A DNA stretch of 64,000 nucleotides from Anolis carolinensis (Eukaryota): contig NC_085844.1 in the NCBI RefSeq assembly GCF_035594765.1, positions 10,307,923 through 10,371,922 on the forward strand. Reading direction: 5' to 3'. Made by a program: the position numbers and the translations under genes. Every line of letters starts with the position of its first letter. The first letter of the stretch is position 1. A model generated the notes under the pieces. The model did no database searches. It was not told the DNA's origin and worked only from the letters and a program-made list of their open reading frames with translations. Positions 1 through 11,200 of the stretch are shown in pieces.

Positions 1-1025
1 TAACTGCTTTCATGATGCTGAATTGTTGTCTCTTTTGTGAATATGCAATGGTCAGCTTGTATAGTGAATGCATATTGCAGCTCTAGAAATTTCTGAGGAT
101 TGAATAGCTCCTATAGAATGCCAATGTGTGATAAGATCAAAGTACACTCAATTTTTAAAAAGAATACATGTTTTTCACATGGCACATGGAATTATTTTTG
201 TCTCTGGTGTAATTTAGCAGCACCACAGATATCAGGCCAGCCACCCACTCCAGTAAGGAGGATTTTTATTTATATGCATTTTGGGTTGAAAGGGAGACCA
301 TCCCAGCAGGCAGTCCCCACAGGGCTCATACCTACAAAAGTCTAGATTTCTTTGGAAGCAGGATTAATTGCATTAGCCCCATTTGTTATCTGGACTCCCC
401 GTGCTAAAGTGATAGCCCACAGTCAAAGTGCTAGCTCACAAATGAACTATATTACTATAGTCTTTGGGAAAAGAAACAATAAAAAGTAGAAATGAAGGGA
501 TTATATTGTTTCAATATCTCTCAGAATGAAAAGACATCGACATGAACAAAGTTATGCCTATCATTGTGAGAAAATAGCCGAGTTTAAAACCACTTCTTTC
601 CATGGGATAAAAGTGTTCTGCCCCAAACCCCATATGATACAGAAGGCATTGCTCCAGGTTAAAACCATTTCTTTCAATGGGATAATAATGTTCTCCCCAT
701 ACCCCATATGATATAAGAGACTAGTGATGGTTGGGTAATGAAACAGGCAGACAACTTTGATGGTTCCCATCCCACCTATTTTTCAGTTGGAACCATGAGA
801 ATAAAATGTGATAAGAGGTAGGTGCTCAGAACGTGATTGTTGGCCCATGCGCAGAGTTCTCTCCTTACAGGATATTACTGCCTCTTTTCAGCCCTGGAAC
901 ATATGATAAGCTCCATGCCTCTCCATGCTTGAAAAGAGGCTGAAGTGTCCTACGATGGGGAAATTTATCAATGTGATAAGGTGGTTAATATTAGCTTTAT
1001 TATGCAGACTTGATACTCTTTATGG

Positions 1026-1152
1026 CAGTGGTTCCCAACCTTTGGTCCTCCAGGACTCCAACTCCCACAATGTTTAATGGCTGAAAAGCTAGCTGGGATT
1101 TCTGGAAGTTGAAGTCCAAAACATCTGGAGGACGAAAGGTTGGGAACTATTG
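1026..1152. mobile_element. hAT-type hairpin MITE
   Basis: CAGTGGTTCCCAAC...GTTGGGAACTATTG termini with an internal palindrome; same family as the copies at 8449, 37051 and 60055. Confidence 0.7.
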
Positions 1153-1590
1153 CTTTAAAGTGGCATAGACTATAAATAGACTAGCTTAAATTTTGCACAT
1201 ACACTTTTAACTGATCTATTGTATCACTAAGAAGAAGAGATAGAAATTCCTGACTATATTAACAAGTGCTTAAATATGAGTCTTCACCATTCTACTCATG
1301 ATCTTGAAGAGGACACAAATGTCGCTGCTTTTCCCTTTCTGATGATTTTACCTATACAGTGCCCACTGAGGGACTTAGGAATGCAGCTCAGTCTTCCTGG
1401 ATGGACCTCAAAAGTCTGATTATTATTTCCTAGTATAATCCATGTACTGATGCAACTCAGGAAAGAAGCATATGTGATTAAAAGGATTTCAGCATCTCGG
1501 TGCATCTTTTGTTACTCTCTTGTAGAGCTGGAAAGTGATTTGTCCTCTGTTTCTTGTCTTGTAGGAGTGTCTGTTCCAGAAGAAGTTATT

Positions 1591-2472
1591 ATGATGACCA
1601 ATTTCAGTGAGTTTCCTTCTTTGAATGTTGAGATGGAAAACAATGCTACTGAATCACTAAGTCATAAAAGTTTCACAAACAAGAACAGTTATTTTGTAAG
1701 AGTATTTATAACAGCCACCATAAGTCATCTTATCTGTCTTCCTGGACTTGTAGGGAATGGTATTTTCATTAGGCTTCTTCACTTCCACATTAAGAAGAAT
1801 CCATTCACGACCTACCTTTTGAATCTCTCCATTGCTGATATTGTTCTGCTCACAGCCCAAGCAATTTACAATGTATTTCTAATTTTGAATGTATTCAGTA
1901 AAATCTCCTTTATGAATTACTTACATTTACTGCGTTATACCATTTTTCTATTCACATTCACCACTAGCCAGTTGCTGCAGACATCCATCAGCATTAAGCG
2001 TTGTGTGTGCCTCTTTTTCCCACGTGGGCATCCATGTCACCAGCAACTACATTTCCCCGCTGCTGTATGTATCATTATATGGATCCTCAGTTTCTTAATC
2101 TCTGCTACAGATTTCATCCTTGTTTGCACTGTTAAGTATAACTGGTTAGGACTGCTCCAGTTTTTCTTTAATGTTGTGATTTTCATGCCCATCATGTGTG
2201 TGTTTACTATAGCCATGGTAATTAAAGTCTGCTTAAGATCACAACAAAATAAGCGGGGGGAACTGTTAAGAGCCATTTTGCTACCTCGTGTCTTTTTCCT
2301 CCTCTTTGCTTTTCCAGTTAATGTTATTTACAGTCTTGAAATGTTTCAACAACTTCATATCTATGTCTATCTATATGCCTACATATGTGCTTCTCTAAAC
2401 AGCAGCATTAACCCCATGATCCATTATCTGGTAGAGGTAAAAGGGGGCGAACAAGCAAGAGAATACATATAA
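1591..2472 (+). CDS. MAS-related GPCR (MRGPR/Mas1-like), copy 1; C-terminal frameshift and degenerate motifs, possibly an incipient pseudogene
   Basis: ORF 1450-2472 has GLVGNG (TM1), NLSIAD (TM2), SIKRC (DRC in paralogs) and NSSINPMIHY (TM7). Splice acceptor cttgtag ends at 1564 and the first ATG after it is at 1591. The paralog-like tail (KRGRTSKRIHIILEKDFKE...EAWL*) continues in another frame to 2546. Confidence 0.85.
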   Translation: MMTNFSEFPSLNVEMENNATESLSHKSFTNKNSYFVRVFITATISHLICLPGLVGNGIFIRLLHFHIKKNPFTTYLLNLSIADIVLLTAQAIYNVFLILNVFSKISFMNYLHLLRYTIFLFTFTTSQLLQTSISIKRCVCLFFPRGHPCHQQLHFPAAVCIIIWILSFLISATDFILVCTVKYNWLGLLQFFFNVVIFMPIMCVFTIAMVIKVCLRSQQNKRGELLRAILLPRVFFLLFAFPVNVIYSLEMFQQLHIYVYLYAYICASLNSSINPMIHYLVEVKGGEQAREYI

Positions 2473-2715
2473 TACTTGAGAAAGATTTCAAAGAGAAGGA
2501 GAAGTGTAGAGAGGAACAGGAAATCTCAACTGAGGCTTGGTTGTAAGGATCCATTCATCAATACAGTAGTGCTTTGAAAATGTATTAGCAAAAAAGTATT
2601 TTGTATTAATATGTTCTAGAAAATCCTAACTGATCTGAAAAGTCAGGGAGACTTTTTGGATACTATATACTCACCTGCTTATTCAAGGGTATACACTTCT
2701 GTACATCTATCTCAA

Positions 2716-2847
2716 GCATGGGCAAATTTCAGCCCTCTAGTTATTTTGGACTGCAACACCCACAATTACTAACAGCAAGTAAACTGGCTGGGATTTCTGG
2801 GAGCTGAAGTCTTAAACATTTGGAAGGCTGAAGTTTGCTCAAGCCTG
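2716..2847. mobile_element. hAT-type hairpin MITE (related subfamily)
   Basis: CATGGGCAAATTTCAGCC...GGCTGAAGTTTGCTCAAGCCTG inverted ends; shares the 'aaactggctgggatttctggga' core. Confidence 0.6.
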
Positions 2848-3069
2848 ATCTATCTTCACTACAAGCATCTGATGACGTAGACTCAGCCCCCTTCTACACT
2901 GCCCCTGTATCCCAGCATCTGATCCCAGATTATCTGAAAGTGGAGATTCATATAAAACAGTTGTAAAAAAGATACTCTGGATTTTATATGGCACTGTAGA
3001 TGATGCCTTTAATGAAGGGAGTTATCAAATCTTGAGGAAAGTGAAGATCTTAATTGATTTGCTTTTTTT

Positions 3070-3325
3070 TTAATGTCATGAGAGACTTCAGAAACTGCAA
3101 GTCGCTTCTGGTGTGAGAGAATTGGCTGTCTGCAAGGATGTTGCCCAGAGGACACCTGGATGTTTAATTTTTTACCATCCTGTGGGAGGCTTCTCTCGTG
3201 TCCTTGCATGGGGAGCTGAAGCTGACAGAGGGAGCTCACTCGCTCTTCCAGGATTCAAACTGCTGATTTGTTGGTCAGCACTTCTGCCATCACAAGGGTT
3301 TAACCCATTGCACCACCAGGTGCTC
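3070..3325 (-). mobile_element. Degraded tRNA-derived squamate SINE
   Basis: Minus strand begins with a tRNA-like head (cctggtggtgcaatgggttaaaccc) and has a Sauria-like body (gagctccctctgtcagcttcagctccc). Confidence 0.6.
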
Positions 3326-3560
3326 CTATTTGCTCATCTGAAACCTGTGGATAAATATAATCAAGAAAAGAAACATGCAGCATAACTGACTGCAAAATAT
3401 TTAATTATGAATGCAACTCAAAGTTATGTAAAGATAATGAATATGTAATTTAAAAGTATATAAATTCCTTCTGAAACGAGAGACCAATGGTGAACTCGTA
3501 CAAGAGCACAGGATACAGTGAGCCCAAAAGGTTTGGGCATAATGTCTGTATGGATGCAGG

Positions 3561-4784
3561 TGTCAGAGACAGAACGCCAGTGAGTAAAGCAAAACTCAGT
3601 TTATTGAGATTACAAAACTAAAAATGCCCGTAGGAGACAAAAAACAGGGCAAACACTTGACTTCAGTGTGATAGGTAACAAAAAACAACTTAGATTGAGC
3701 TTATACAACTCAAAGGGAAAAAACCGGGTTAAACAGAAGTATAATCCGGATTAAATCAAAAGTGCTAACTTCAGCCTGGCAAACAATGCAAACAAAGGAG
3801 GATCAACAGGAGTCAGAATGTAAACAACAGACTGGTAGCAGATTCCTCTCTGCTACTCAGAAACAGCAGGAGACTAAACCAGGCTTGTTTATTCCTCCCT
3901 GCAGCGAAGGAAAACGTGGTCGTAGTCAGGATTCAATTTAAGGTTCAACAGCCAACGATATCCAGGTCCAGGCTCAGCAGTCAGGGAAACGGCAGTCAGC
4001 AGGTCCAGAGGTCAATAGCCAAACGTAGCCGTCTAGGAATCCAAAGGTCTCACCGATAAGCAGCAGAAGGGATAATCCAGAATCGAAGTCAGTCAGTCCA
4101 GCGTCAATCCAGTGTGAGTAGGTATTGCCCATCAAAAAGACGACGGAGGTCCAAGCTATTGAGATTAAACACAAGTTGCACAGAGAAAAACCCCGTACAG
4201 TTCCTCCCGCCGTCGATGCCCAGTGTCCTTGGTAAACTTACGTATCCAGCAACGAATCACACCCGTCTTCAGGAAGTTCCCCAACAAAAGCCCAAGCGTC
4301 CGTCCAGATTACCTTGCCCAACGCAATTAGACATTGATCCCAAACCCCAATTTATCCCAGTTCAAGCTCATCATCGCTGTCAGCTGCCATCCCAATTCCA
4401 GGCGCCCCAAACTCATCATCCTCATCAGAGCTAAAGCACCTTTGACTACGCCCCACAGCATCCCCAGCTGTGGATCCTGCTCCATCCCTCCAGCCAGTCC
4501 ATGGGTCTGATCCTGCAACCCGCCACTCACCTCCCATGCTTTCATTGCCTGTTTCCCCAACACCCAAATCCTCCCTCACACGAGTCCATTCCATGTCATC
4601 CTCCTCCGAGCTGGCCATCTCTTCCTCCAAACCCTCAGAAAAACCCTCAAATGAGTCCTCATCTGTCGGGTCTGTAAACAAATCCCGGAGCCGTTTTCGT
4701 TCACGCTCCTCGAAAGAGTCTGACTCTCGAGGAGTCTTATACCCCCTTCTTCTATTATCGGAGCCCGAAGGCTCAACCATAACA
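3561..4784 (-). mobile_element. Solo LTR A (1224 bp), probably Gypsy
   Basis: TG...CA termini (minus strand TGTTATG...CTGACA); perfect 5-bp TSD GCAGG at 3556-3560 and 4785-4789; minus-strand AATAAA near 3600. Confidence 0.9.
4352..4780 (-). CDS. Putative U3-encoded acidic ORF in solo LTR A (142 aa from ATG) with a TIM/IBM-like motif
   Basis: Open from LTR base 2 with ATG at LTR base 5; D/E-rich; contains LRDLFTDPTDEDSFEGF; the stop overlaps a TATA-like GATAAAT. Confidence 0.5.
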   Translation of the reverse strand: MVEPSGSDNRRRGYKTPRESDSFEERERKRLRDLFTDPTDEDSFEGFSEGLEEEMASSEEDDMEWTRVREDLGVGETGNESMGGEWRVAGSDPWTGWRDGAGSTAGDAVGRSQRCFSSDEDDEFGAPGIGMAADSDDELELG

Positions 4785-5544
4785 GCAGGAGAGAATAACA
4801 TGATCCAAAGATAAAATGTACTTTGTGCAAAAATATATAAACAAACATGCAAAAAATAATATGTAGTTGGTAACTAAGCCCAAAAAGGCAGTAAAATAAT
4901 TTTATAATGTTTTGGAGCAATGTGGGGAATGACAAGATAAGGAGAATTTCTTTTTCAAATCTGATGAACTTGCAATAAGGTGAAAAATTACTGGTTAAGA
5001 TTTATTTGTTCATTCAAAAATTTAAAATTGAACATTGTAATGTCACTAGAGATATTTCCACTGAGCATTATTGTTAAAGATTTGGATTGTAAATGACAAT
5101 ACCTCCAAGACTATGATTTGCTGAAATGCTTTGCTGGAAATGGACTGAAACACCAATGATGGAAGAATGGATTATTTCATGTGCTGAGTCGACCCAAATG
5201 AGCAAATTAATGTGGCTCCTAACGATATCGGTATGCCAGATGAAGACTTTCTGAAGACTGCAAAAATGCATAATATTGCAAGGGAAACAAACTCTAATGA
5301 TATAATTAAGCTGTGGTTATTAAGGCTATTACTAACTTTAGTGAGATTATGTATTAGATATGTGTTGGTGAAATAATCATTTTTTCTTTCTTGTTTGTTT
5401 CCTTCTTTTGTTGTAATATAGATTGCTGGTGTAAATTTAATAAATTCATGAATCTACTGGAAAAGGAAAGCATTCCAGTTGTGTTTATTCATTTCCAATT
5501 CCTAGTTATAGTGGTAATGTATGAGACTGAAGCTATTTTATCAA

Positions 5545-5604
5545 GGCCCCATGTAAGCAGCCCCGAGTCCCTTCGGGGAGATGGGGCGGGGTATAAAAAT
5601 AAAG

Positions 5605-5653
<49 letters not shown>

Positions 5654-5675
5654 CATCATCATCATCATCATCTTA
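5545..5675 (+). mobile_element. L2-type LINE 3' end with (TTA)n/(TCA)n tail
   Basis: ccccgagtcccttcggggagatggggcggggtataaaaataaa followed by a microsatellite; same tail as the L2 at 28081-28566. Confidence 0.7.
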
Positions 5676-6559
5676 CTAATGGTAATGAATGGATGGGGAT
5701 AAGAGAGGGAGAACCTAATATTATTTATACACATTACCAAATTCAGTAGTGATGCCACATAACAGGAGAGCTTAGAACAGATAGAAATCATTCCTGGGAG
5801 GTATGAATCAGAAATGGACACAGACTTCAAAACATCAAATGACAGCTGTTCATTTTCCCCACGATGGGAAATCACCAATCAGCAATGATATCAGAGGGAA
5901 TCACCAGTCAATGGGAGCCTGGATCCTGACTGCACCAGTTTTTCAGTCAATCAGAGCCTGGCATGGGTATCCTGAAAAGCTGTCAAAAGTATATAAAATT
6001 ATTCTGTATTTTGTATTGGGTTAGGCCAGATCTCTGACCACCTTTTGGGGCCAAAAGAATAAACTGCTGTTCCTTCTGCCTTCAACCCAGTATGTTTCCT
6101 TTCAATTTGATTGGTATAGCAAAATGTGCCAGGATCTGGATCTGTGGTCTTAACGGAAATTACCCAAACACCACTGCAACTAGTATAGGAATCTGGGGGG
6201 GGGGGGGAGGGTGCACTTTTAACATGCATCTCAAACCATTTTACACAGTTGCTGTTTCTAAACAACAGCCAAAGATGTTGTGCTCCTTTTTTTAAAAAAA
6301 CATGAAAAGATTACACGGGATGATCAAATTGTTCCTATGGCTTTTACCAGCATAATTTCCCCTGGGAAATAATGTGAAGGGAGGCAGGGCACATTCCATG
6401 GACATTCAGGGGGGAGCTTAAATATTTGGGGTCTCAGTCATTAGACAAACTGTACTTGGCTTAAGAATCATCAGTTGTCTTCAGATCTTTACTCTCGTCC
6501 CTGCTCTGTTTCCAGATCAATAATATCACGGAAAACAGAAACAGGGATTTTGGGGGGAC

Positions 6560-6870
6560 CATAAGGAAGATAGACGCCTTTGAACTCTGGTGCTGGAGGA
6601 AAATCCTGAGAGTGCCTTGGACCGCAAAAAGGTCCAACCAGTCCATCCTCCAGGAAATAATGCCCGACTGCACACTGGAGGGAAGGATATTAGAGGCAAA
6701 GTTGAAGTATTTTGGTCACATCACGAGGAGACAGGAAAGCTTGGAGAAGATCATGATGCTGGGGAAAATGGAAGGACAAAGGAAGAGAGGCCAACCAAGG
6801 GCGAGATGGATAGATGGTATCCTTGAAGTGACTGGCTCAAGCTTGAAGGAACTGGGGGTGGCAATGGCTA
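6560..6870 (+). mobile_element. RTE/BovB-like LINE fragment
   Basis: Translates to the BovB-type RT C-terminus (AFELWCWRKILRVPWTAKRSNQSILQEI...YFGHITRRQESLEKIMMLGKMEG...RWID). Confidence 0.85.
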
Positions 6871-7139
6871 CTGTATATTCATTTTGATATATGGAGCATT
6901 AACATTACAATTGTAAATTCTGTACTTATTGTACTTATTGTATTTCATTCAATATAAGTTTATATTTTATACCTGTTTACTAACCCTTTACAGTGCATAT
7001 CATTGTACTTGTGGGTATATATTAGTTTGGTGTGTAACCAGGAAACCATTTACTTAACATATGCAGCCCTCAGCAACTACACCCCCTTGACATGGCCAGC
7101 AGTTTGTCTGGTCTGGCCTGGCCTGGCCCAGTTGCTCCT

Positions 7140-7976
7140 TGTAACGATGTCAGGCAGGCAGAACCCTTTGAAATCCCACCTCTGACACTGATTGCGGAGA
7201 TGTGGAGATGGAGGATGTTTTTAAATTATATATTATATTATTATTGTTATATTTTATATCCGCTGCCACCAGTTATTAAAGATGTTTTATAATGCTGTCA
7301 CCAAATTGTGGAGATCTCAGGCAGAGGGGAATCTTTGTATCCTTTCTTCTTCTTTAGATGGTAGCGTAACTTAGTTTAGAATATATGTGACAGAGGCTTG
7401 GATGTTGGAGAACCCTAAAAAGTTTATTCAGGCACAGAGCTTAGTGGTTACAATGGTGCTTCTCAGAGTTACACTTTCTTCAACAGTTGCAAATATAACC
7501 TATGATGAATCCACTTTCAAAATACTTTCTCCTTTCCTTGAGCAGTCTAAACCTTTTTCTTCTCTTACAACCAAAGCTATCAACTGATCACTTTGGATCT
7601 AACTGGGATTGCTTCCCCTTACCACTCAGACTCTACAAATAAACCCAAACAAGTCACTTAACTTGCTTAATATGACACAACCAGAGATCTGAGCTTCCCT
7701 GGTTTCCTTCCCTGGTTTCCCTAACCTGGAACCAGTGTCTTCCCTGTGACTCAGATCACAGACTAAACTGTTTTTAAAACATTCCCTCCTTTTCCTCCAA
7801 ACGGCGGTTGGCTCCGCCCTCATTACTATGGCAACCTGCCTCAGAATGCTGAGCTGGCTACCATCCCCCACGCACTGGTAACTAATACTTACCCTTTTAA
7901 ACATAGTTAAACATGACTTTTAAAACAAAATTAAACATGACATCTATAAATCAAAATAAAAACACACTTCTTTACA
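7140..7976 (-). mobile_element. Solo LTR (837 bp)
   Basis: TGTAA...TTACA inverted termini; TSD CTCCT at 7135-7139 and 7977-7981; minus-strand AATAAA near 7423. Confidence 0.75.
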
Positions 7977-8448
7977 CTCCTAGAAACAGGTCTCCAGCAA
8001 AGGAGAACTCTTCTCAGTATTCCTGCAAGCTTGGAAAGGGTTAATATGTTGTTCTCCTCAAGGAAAGCATCACAGGTTTCTGTGATTACTTGGGATGGCT
8101 TGCTGAAACAGGTTGCTGCTGATACCGCATGAAAAAAGGGCCTGGAGAAGAAAAGCTATTCATAGCAGATAAATCATGCCTTGATGTTGGACCTTGGCTC
8201 TGGACTGTGACTTGGGTTCCTGCAATCCTGCTGTAGACCCTGTCTATGTCTTGAATTCCTGGCTCTGACCTCTGTATTGAATTTCTGGCCTTTGACTTCA
8301 ATTTGGTCTTGGCTTACCTTACTTCTGTTTAATTAAACCTCGGTCCCCACACCTGGAAGGAGGCACCCCCTGAAATTGTTCCCTGGAAGTATCCCAAAAG
8401 AAGTTGGGAGAAAAAAAGATTTAGACTTTTCTTCCAATGCTTCTAGCT

Positions 8449-8583
8449 CAGTGGTTCTCACCCTGTGGGTCCCCAGATGTTTTGGCCTTCAACTTCCAGA
8501 AATCTCAGCCAGTTTAGTAGCTGTTAGGATTTCTAGAAGTTGAGGGCCAAAACATCTGGGGACCCACAGGTTGAGAGCCACTG
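8449..8583. mobile_element. hAT-type hairpin MITE
   Basis: CAGTGGTTCTCACCCTGTGGGTCCCC...GGGGACCCACAGGTTGAGAGCCACTG. Confidence 0.75.
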
Positions 8584-8708
8584 TGCTAAAGAACCTAAGA
8601 ATTTGGTTGCTTCTCAGTAGGAAATTCCCTTAGAATAAAATCTGTCACTTGTGACATAACTTCTGATTTCATTCTGGGGGAACAGTGCATTCTACGTAAG
8701 AAAGGTTT

Positions 8709-9319
8709 TGTTGTAGCTCAGCCATCAGAGCCTGTCCCTCAGTGGGAGATGGAGTGTGAATCAGAGTTTGAATCAGATTTCGGGCCCATTCAAGACTTGA
8801 ACCAAAGCCCGATAACTTTGCAGATGCCCGAAGTTGTGGTTACAGAGGATCCGTTAATTGGGGAACATTCCGATGACCAGTCAAGGCTGAGTCTGCTAGA
8901 TGTTGTTGCAGAGGAGTGTGTTGATTTTGACTGGAGAGAGTCCTTCGCGAGGGATAGGAGTAGAAGGGAGGGTGTGAGAAGAAGCTTGGCTCTCAGACGC
9001 GCTAATGAGCAAGTTTCTCATGTGAAGTTCTGCCCGTCCTAACTCTCACTGTGCTGTAGCCTTGAGAACTCTTTAAAGATGCCTTCCTCCTTGTTCTCTG
9101 TGCAGTGTCAACTTTGCCATTCATGGGAGAAGAATCCATGTTCCAGTACCTTGCTCCATGTCTGCCTTGTTTCTGTGCCTTGCTTCGTGACTTCCTTGCC
9201 AAGACTGGGCCTTGTGATTCCTGAGTATTTCTTGCCTTGTTATACCTCTTCTCCAGTGAAACCTTGTTAATTCTTGCCCATGTGGATTACAGTTCGTGGA
9301 TTACCAGTATCCTGCAACA
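8709..9319 (+). mobile_element. Solo LTR B (611 bp)
   Basis: TGTTG...CAACA termini; TSD GGTTT at 8704-8708 and 9320-9324. Confidence 0.85.
8710..9042 (+). CDS. Putative U3-encoded acidic ORF in solo LTR B (110 codons, basic C-terminus)
   Basis: Open from LTR base 2 (GTT GTA GCT...), first ATG at 8749. C-terminal RESFARDRSRREGVRRSL resembles the LTR C ORF. Confidence 0.4.
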   Translation, partial: VVAQPSEPVPQWEMECESEFESDFGPIQDLNQSPITLQMPEVVVTEDPLIGEHSDDQSRLSLLDVVAEECVDFDWRESFARDRSRREGVRRSLALRRANEQVSHVKFCPS

Positions 9320-9886
9320 GGTTTTTTGGTCAGTCTGGGATGGTCTGTGACTTATGAGGCTTAGGACTGAATTCTAGCTCTCTATCAGCTGGAAGGCATA
9401 TGGATTTCCTTTGTGATACAAAGTGGCATGATCTTTATTCAACCTCGATTTTCTAGATTATGCCAAATAGGTTTGTGCATGGAATTAAAGTGGTCGGTTC
9501 CCTTTGGCCAATCTGACTTGTTCGGCTTGGCTGAATGACCGTAATGATAAGGGCTCAGTTGCCACATTTTTTGTCTGTTATGAGACCACGTGGCTGCCAA
9601 TCACGGCTCCTCCTCCCCTATTCAGCACCACACGGATGCTCACATGGGGTTTCCCTGGGAGACCTGCTTGTTGGGCCAATCAGAATAGAAGAATGCTGTG
9701 ATGTGTCATATGTAAGCTGTGTCTAAGGAAAAGGTCCCAGAAAGGATGCTTCCTTAACTCCATTCTTCAAACCCAGCCTCCCTTGAAAGGAAAATAGGAA
9801 AGGGTCCCAGGAAGGATGCTTCCTTAAGCCCTTGCCATAAATCCAGGTTTCCTTGAAAAACTGAAGATAAAGGATCCCAGAGAAGG

Positions 9887-10014
9887 NNNNNNNNNNNNNN
9901 NNNNNNNNNNNNNNNNNNNNNNNNNNNNNNNNNNNNNNNNNNNNNNNNNNNNNNNNNNNNNNNNNNNNNNNNNNNNNNNNNNNNNNNNNNNNNNNNNNNN
10001 NNNNNNNNNNNNNN
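9887..10014. other. Assembly gap (128 N)
   Basis: Run of N. Confidence 1.
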
Positions 10015-10249
10015 GAAAATAAGAAAAGGATAAACAAGCATATATATATATATATATATATATATTCAAAAATAAATAAGAGAGGGAAGAAAAAAGAGAA
10101 AATAAGACAAGGATAAATGCAATATGGCTCTAATCTCCTTCAATCATACTTGTAATGAAATGACAAAGAAAAAAATATTATTCTGCTAATAGACATCTAA
10201 TTAATTATCCTACTATAATTACTAATCATAACTGCAGTTTGATATTACA

Positions 10250-11200
10250 TCATTAGATATTGTTTTCATTTCATCAAAAAAATCATAGTTTCCAGGCATT
10301 CATAAAGTTTCCAACTGGCATATCCCTTAGAAGCCACATTAATGTGGCCATTTCAGCCAATTCAGCAAGTTTTACAATTCATTCCGCCATTGTCAGTGTT
10401 TCAGTTTATGTCCATGTTTGAGCAAATTATAGTCTCTGTGTTGTTGTCATGTATCAAAAAAGTAATCTATAATGTCCAGCAGAAATATTTTTATTAACAT
10501 TACAAAATCTAGCTTTACATTTTTTTAGAACTGACATATACATTTTAGACCAGAAACTTTTTCCCTTTCTTTCAAGTTCCCCACAAATGAAAAAAATAAA
10601 AATAAAAAAGGGATCTTCTCATCATGACATTTCCAACCTTACTTTTAATCACTGCAGGACATTTTACCAGCTTTTGGGGAATTTACTAACTTTCTATAGA
10701 TCATCTTATACAGATTTTGTTTTATATTATTGCACATAGTAAATTTTACATCTTTGTATCACATTTTCCCCATACATCCATATGCACAGTATGCCCAGTG
10801 TTGAGTCCATCTCATCCTGTTCTCTTGTACAGTTTCTTAATCTGTCTTTGATTTCAAAACCATTAATATACACTTTTTAATCATCTTTACACAGCAGTTA
10901 ATAAAGTTAATTTGCTTCATTCTCTAAGCGGCATTTTTCTTATCTTGATTAAATAGGTCCTTAAGCAAGCCAACTGAGATATTTGATTGCCTTAACAATC
11001 ATCCATCTTGATTTAAATCTCCAGCTGTTTTGTTCAAGATACAAAAGATCATAAGCCAGCCATCTCCAATTGTAACCCATTTTCGCAATCAGGTAGCGAA
11101 TATTACCTTGAGATAAAATCTCTGCTTGTATTTATGCCAATATCATAGGTGAGCCTTTCCATAAATGGTCTTTACATTCAGCACGCACTATAATCTTTTT
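10250..11200 (-). mobile_element. Degraded L1 ORF2 3' remnant
   Basis: Minus-strand fragments resemble the L1 ORF2 C-terminus (ENLYKMIYR, CWKC, W..KLAELAEMATL-like) with many stops; boundaries approximate. Confidence 0.55.

Noticed and set aside
4470-4814. Ser-rich 114-aa ORF (+)
   Set aside because: Antisense shadow of the acidic U3 ORF; it crosses the LTR boundary.
5391-5878. Poly-Ile/Met ORFs (also 24535, 28063, 44607, 44682)
   Set aside because: Translations of (TAA)n microsatellite tails.
7626-7904. 92-aa ORF in the 7140-7976 LTR
   Set aside because: Not acidic, does not start at the LTR edge, and lacks the motifs of the other U3 ORFs.
9723-10069. ORFs spanning the N run
   Set aside because: Artefacts of the assembly gap.
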